From a virus (taxonomy: Duplodnaviria > Heunggongvirae > Uroviricota > Caudoviricetes): a stretch of DNA of 64,000 nucleotides. This document shows, in pieces, positions 62,193 to 64,000 of the stretch. Location of the stretch: IMG/VR virus record IMGVR_UViG_3300049460_000121, positions 139,468 through 203,467 of that record; one strand, 5' to 3'. The translations under genes were made by a program, and so were the position numbers. The notes under the pieces were generated by a model. It saw nothing but the letters and a program-made list of their open reading frames with translations. It was not told the origin of the DNA and made no database searches. Every line of letters begins with the position of its first letter. The stretch's first letter is position 1.

Positions 62193-64000
62193 TTAAGGAG
62201 CAACCGGAGTGTTTTCCACACGAAAAGGCAGCGACTCTTCCAGCAGTTCGTCCACGCCCTCGACTTCGATTTTCACGATGATCGGGAGCAGGTTGTAGTG
62301 TTGGAAGCGCGGCTGAACAACGGCTTCTTGACGAGGCGCGTTGTCACGGGTAACCGACAGAGTCGATACCAGTGTTGGAGTCAGCAGCATCACGCCGGAG
62401 CTCAGTGGATCGATGCCGTCGCCTTCACGGACCAGAGTCATGTAGATGACCTTGTCCAGACGTGCGTCGACGTCGCTTTCCAGTTGGAACGGCAGGCCAG
62501 CACCCAGGGTACGGCTGTCGCCCGACACGGTCATGAAACGTTCGATCTTCTTGCTGGTGACCAAAGCAACTTTCCACGCTTTGGAGATTTCACCGCCATC
62601 TACGTAACGGCAGGCGTTCTCGTAGTTGGTGCGCTGTTGGATATCGAACGATACCGAACGGATTACGTTCAGCAGAACAGCTTGACCGTTCTGGATGTTG
62701 TCGACGGTGTTGGTGCTCTGAGCATTGGCCTTCACGTTGACCTTGAGGGTCTGGACGTACGGGTTGATCAGGTAGCGACCGATACCTTCGATAGGCATGG
62801 CGTTTTCTTCGAAGTCACCGATGGTGAGCTCGCCGCGCAGGCCGCCGGTCAGGCGCATCAGACGCTCGTGGTAGCCGATCATCGAACCAACAGCTTCGTT
62901 GTTGATGTACGCGCCTACAGCGAAGGTCAGCCAGTCCATTACGGTCTGGTCGCGATCTTCCGACACTGGGTACGGAACGAAGAAAGGCGAACGAACGCGA
63001 GTCATCAGACGTTCTTTCACCGAACGAACGTTCAGCAGCAGACCCAGGTGACGATGGTTGGAGTTGGTCAGACGAGCGTCCGGCCACCAGCCTTCGGTCT
63101 TCAGGCCAGCGAGGCCGGAAACGATGCCAGCACCGATGGTGTCGGTCAGGGAGATCTGCTCGCCAGCGGCGTTGGTGATCGACATCACTTCCAGGCTAGC
63201 TGGGTTGATGTTGATGGTGCCACGCTCAACGTCGGCAGTACCGTTCAGGGTAGTGCGCAGACGAACGCTGTAGTCGCCGGTGGCGATGGTAGCGAACACT
63301 GGGTCGGTCAGAGCGTCGCCGTTGTAGTCGACGGTATCCTTGTTGATCACCAGGGTGGTCAGCGGGAAGTCGAGCTTCAGGGCACGGTTGCCTTGCTCTG
63401 GGCCTTTGTAGAAGCGGGAGAACGGCAGGCCGCGGGTATCCCAGCGAATGGTGTCGCCACCCAGGGTCACGAACACGGACTCGATGCCGATGTTGCGATC
63501 CAGTGCTTCGGTGTAGTCAGCCTGACCAACACGGCTCACTGCGTCAGTTTGACCGACGCCGAACAGGTTGATGGTCTTGCCAACTTGCAGAGCCGAAGTC
63601 AGAACGGTGCGACGACCGGACTTGTACTGGAACGGAGTAACGACCGAAGTCGGAACGAACATTGCAGCGGTCTGGGCGTTGTGGCCAGGAACCAGCTGAG
63701 TGCAGTTGTCGTTCAGAACCTGGTAGTCGATGTGCGAGTCGATCACACGGCGCAGGCCGAAGTCGGATTCGCTGCCGTCGTTTGCGTGGCGCAGAGTGTT
63801 CTGCACGTACAGGTTCGGCACTTCAACTTCCACGGTACCTTGCTCTGGGGTCAGAGGGATGGTACGGTAGACCATTTCCATCGCCGGGCCTTGGCGAGAG
63901 ATTTTGTAGTTCAGACCGATCGAGATCGACAGGTGGTCGGTCAGGTTCTGGTTGTCGAACGACTCGGTGGAGTAAACGCTGTCGTATTCCAGGCCGTAGG
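62193..64000 (-). CDS. Major capsid protein (phiKZ gp120-like), 5'-truncated by the window edge
   Basis: Frame is open to the window end (YGLEYDSVYSTESFDNQ...). Extreme codon bias; T.ALD..I....V, G...P.A..TN.N.R..G, IGRY...P motifs. Confidence 0.85.
   Translation of the reverse strand, partial: YGLEYDSVYSTESFDNQNLTDHLSISIGLNYKISRQGPAMEMVYRTIPLTPEQGTVEVEVPNLYVQNTLRHANDGSESDFGLRRVIDSHIDYQVLNDNCTQLVPGHNAQTAAMFVPTSVVTPFQYKSGRRTVLTSALQVGKTINLFGVGQTDAVSRVGQADYTEALDRNIGIESVFVTLGGDTIRWDTRGLPFSRFYKGPEQGNRALKLDFPLTTLVINKDTVDYNGDALTDPVFATIATGDYSVRLRTTLNGTADVERGTININPASLEVMSITNAAGEQISLTDTIGAGIVSGLAGLKTEGWWPDARLTNSNHRHLGLLLNVRSVKERLMTRVRSPFFVPYPVSEDRDQTVMDWLTFAVGAYINNEAVGSMIGYHERLMRLTGGLRGELTIGDFEENAMPIEGIGRYLINPYVQTLKVNVKANAQSTNTVDNIQNGQAVLLNVIRSVSFDIQQRTNYENACRYVDGGEISKAWKVALVTSKKIERFMTVSGDSRTLGAGLPFQLESDVDARLDKVIYMTLVREGDGIDPLSSGVMLLTPTLVSTLSVTRDNAPRQEAVVQPRFQHYNLLPIIVKIEVEGVDELLEESLPFRVENTPVAP

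Noticed and set aside
62030-62195. In-frame stop read-through of the capsid gene
   Set aside because: The read-through frame runs through the terminator hairpin and gives a Cys-rich, non-protein-like sequence; UAA-A is not a leaky context.
1-64000. Stop-codon recoding, introns/inteins, tRNAs, integrases
   Set aside because: ORFs tile the window under the standard code with expected lengths; no intein ends, cloverleafs or recombinase motifs seen by eye (tRNAscan not run).

Overview
A 64 kb slice of a phiKZ-like jumbo myophage genome (the group that includes nucleus-forming phages), using the standard genetic code and densely coding. Both ends fall inside genes: a giant gp181-like tail protein with a lytic transglycosylase domain on the left and the major capsid protein on the right. 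Recognisable core genes are two split RNA polymerase beta fragments (virion gp149-like and non-virion gp123-like), UvsX/RecA, RNase HI, SbcC/Rad50-like ATPase, RuvC, portal, tail spike plus PAAR, tail fibre/baseplate cassettes, endolysin, a spanin pair and a holin candidate. An accessory minus-strand run of small genes spans about 36.6-45.1 kb. I found no tRNA, rRNA, CRISPR array, integrase, transposase or reverse transcriptase. The strongest unexplained signal is a perfect 16-bp complementarity between the 5' leader and the hairpin-presented 3' trailer of the three-gene block carrying the non-virion RNAP subunit. Other leads are a thrice-repeated Rsm/Csr-like SD hairpin, a 62-aa peptide resembling the RNAP catalytic loop, a possible +1 frameshift extension of the capsid protein and a GCATA...TATGC hairpin family. 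All homology calls come from motif recognition by eye; no database search was run, and phiKZ gp numbers are approximate.
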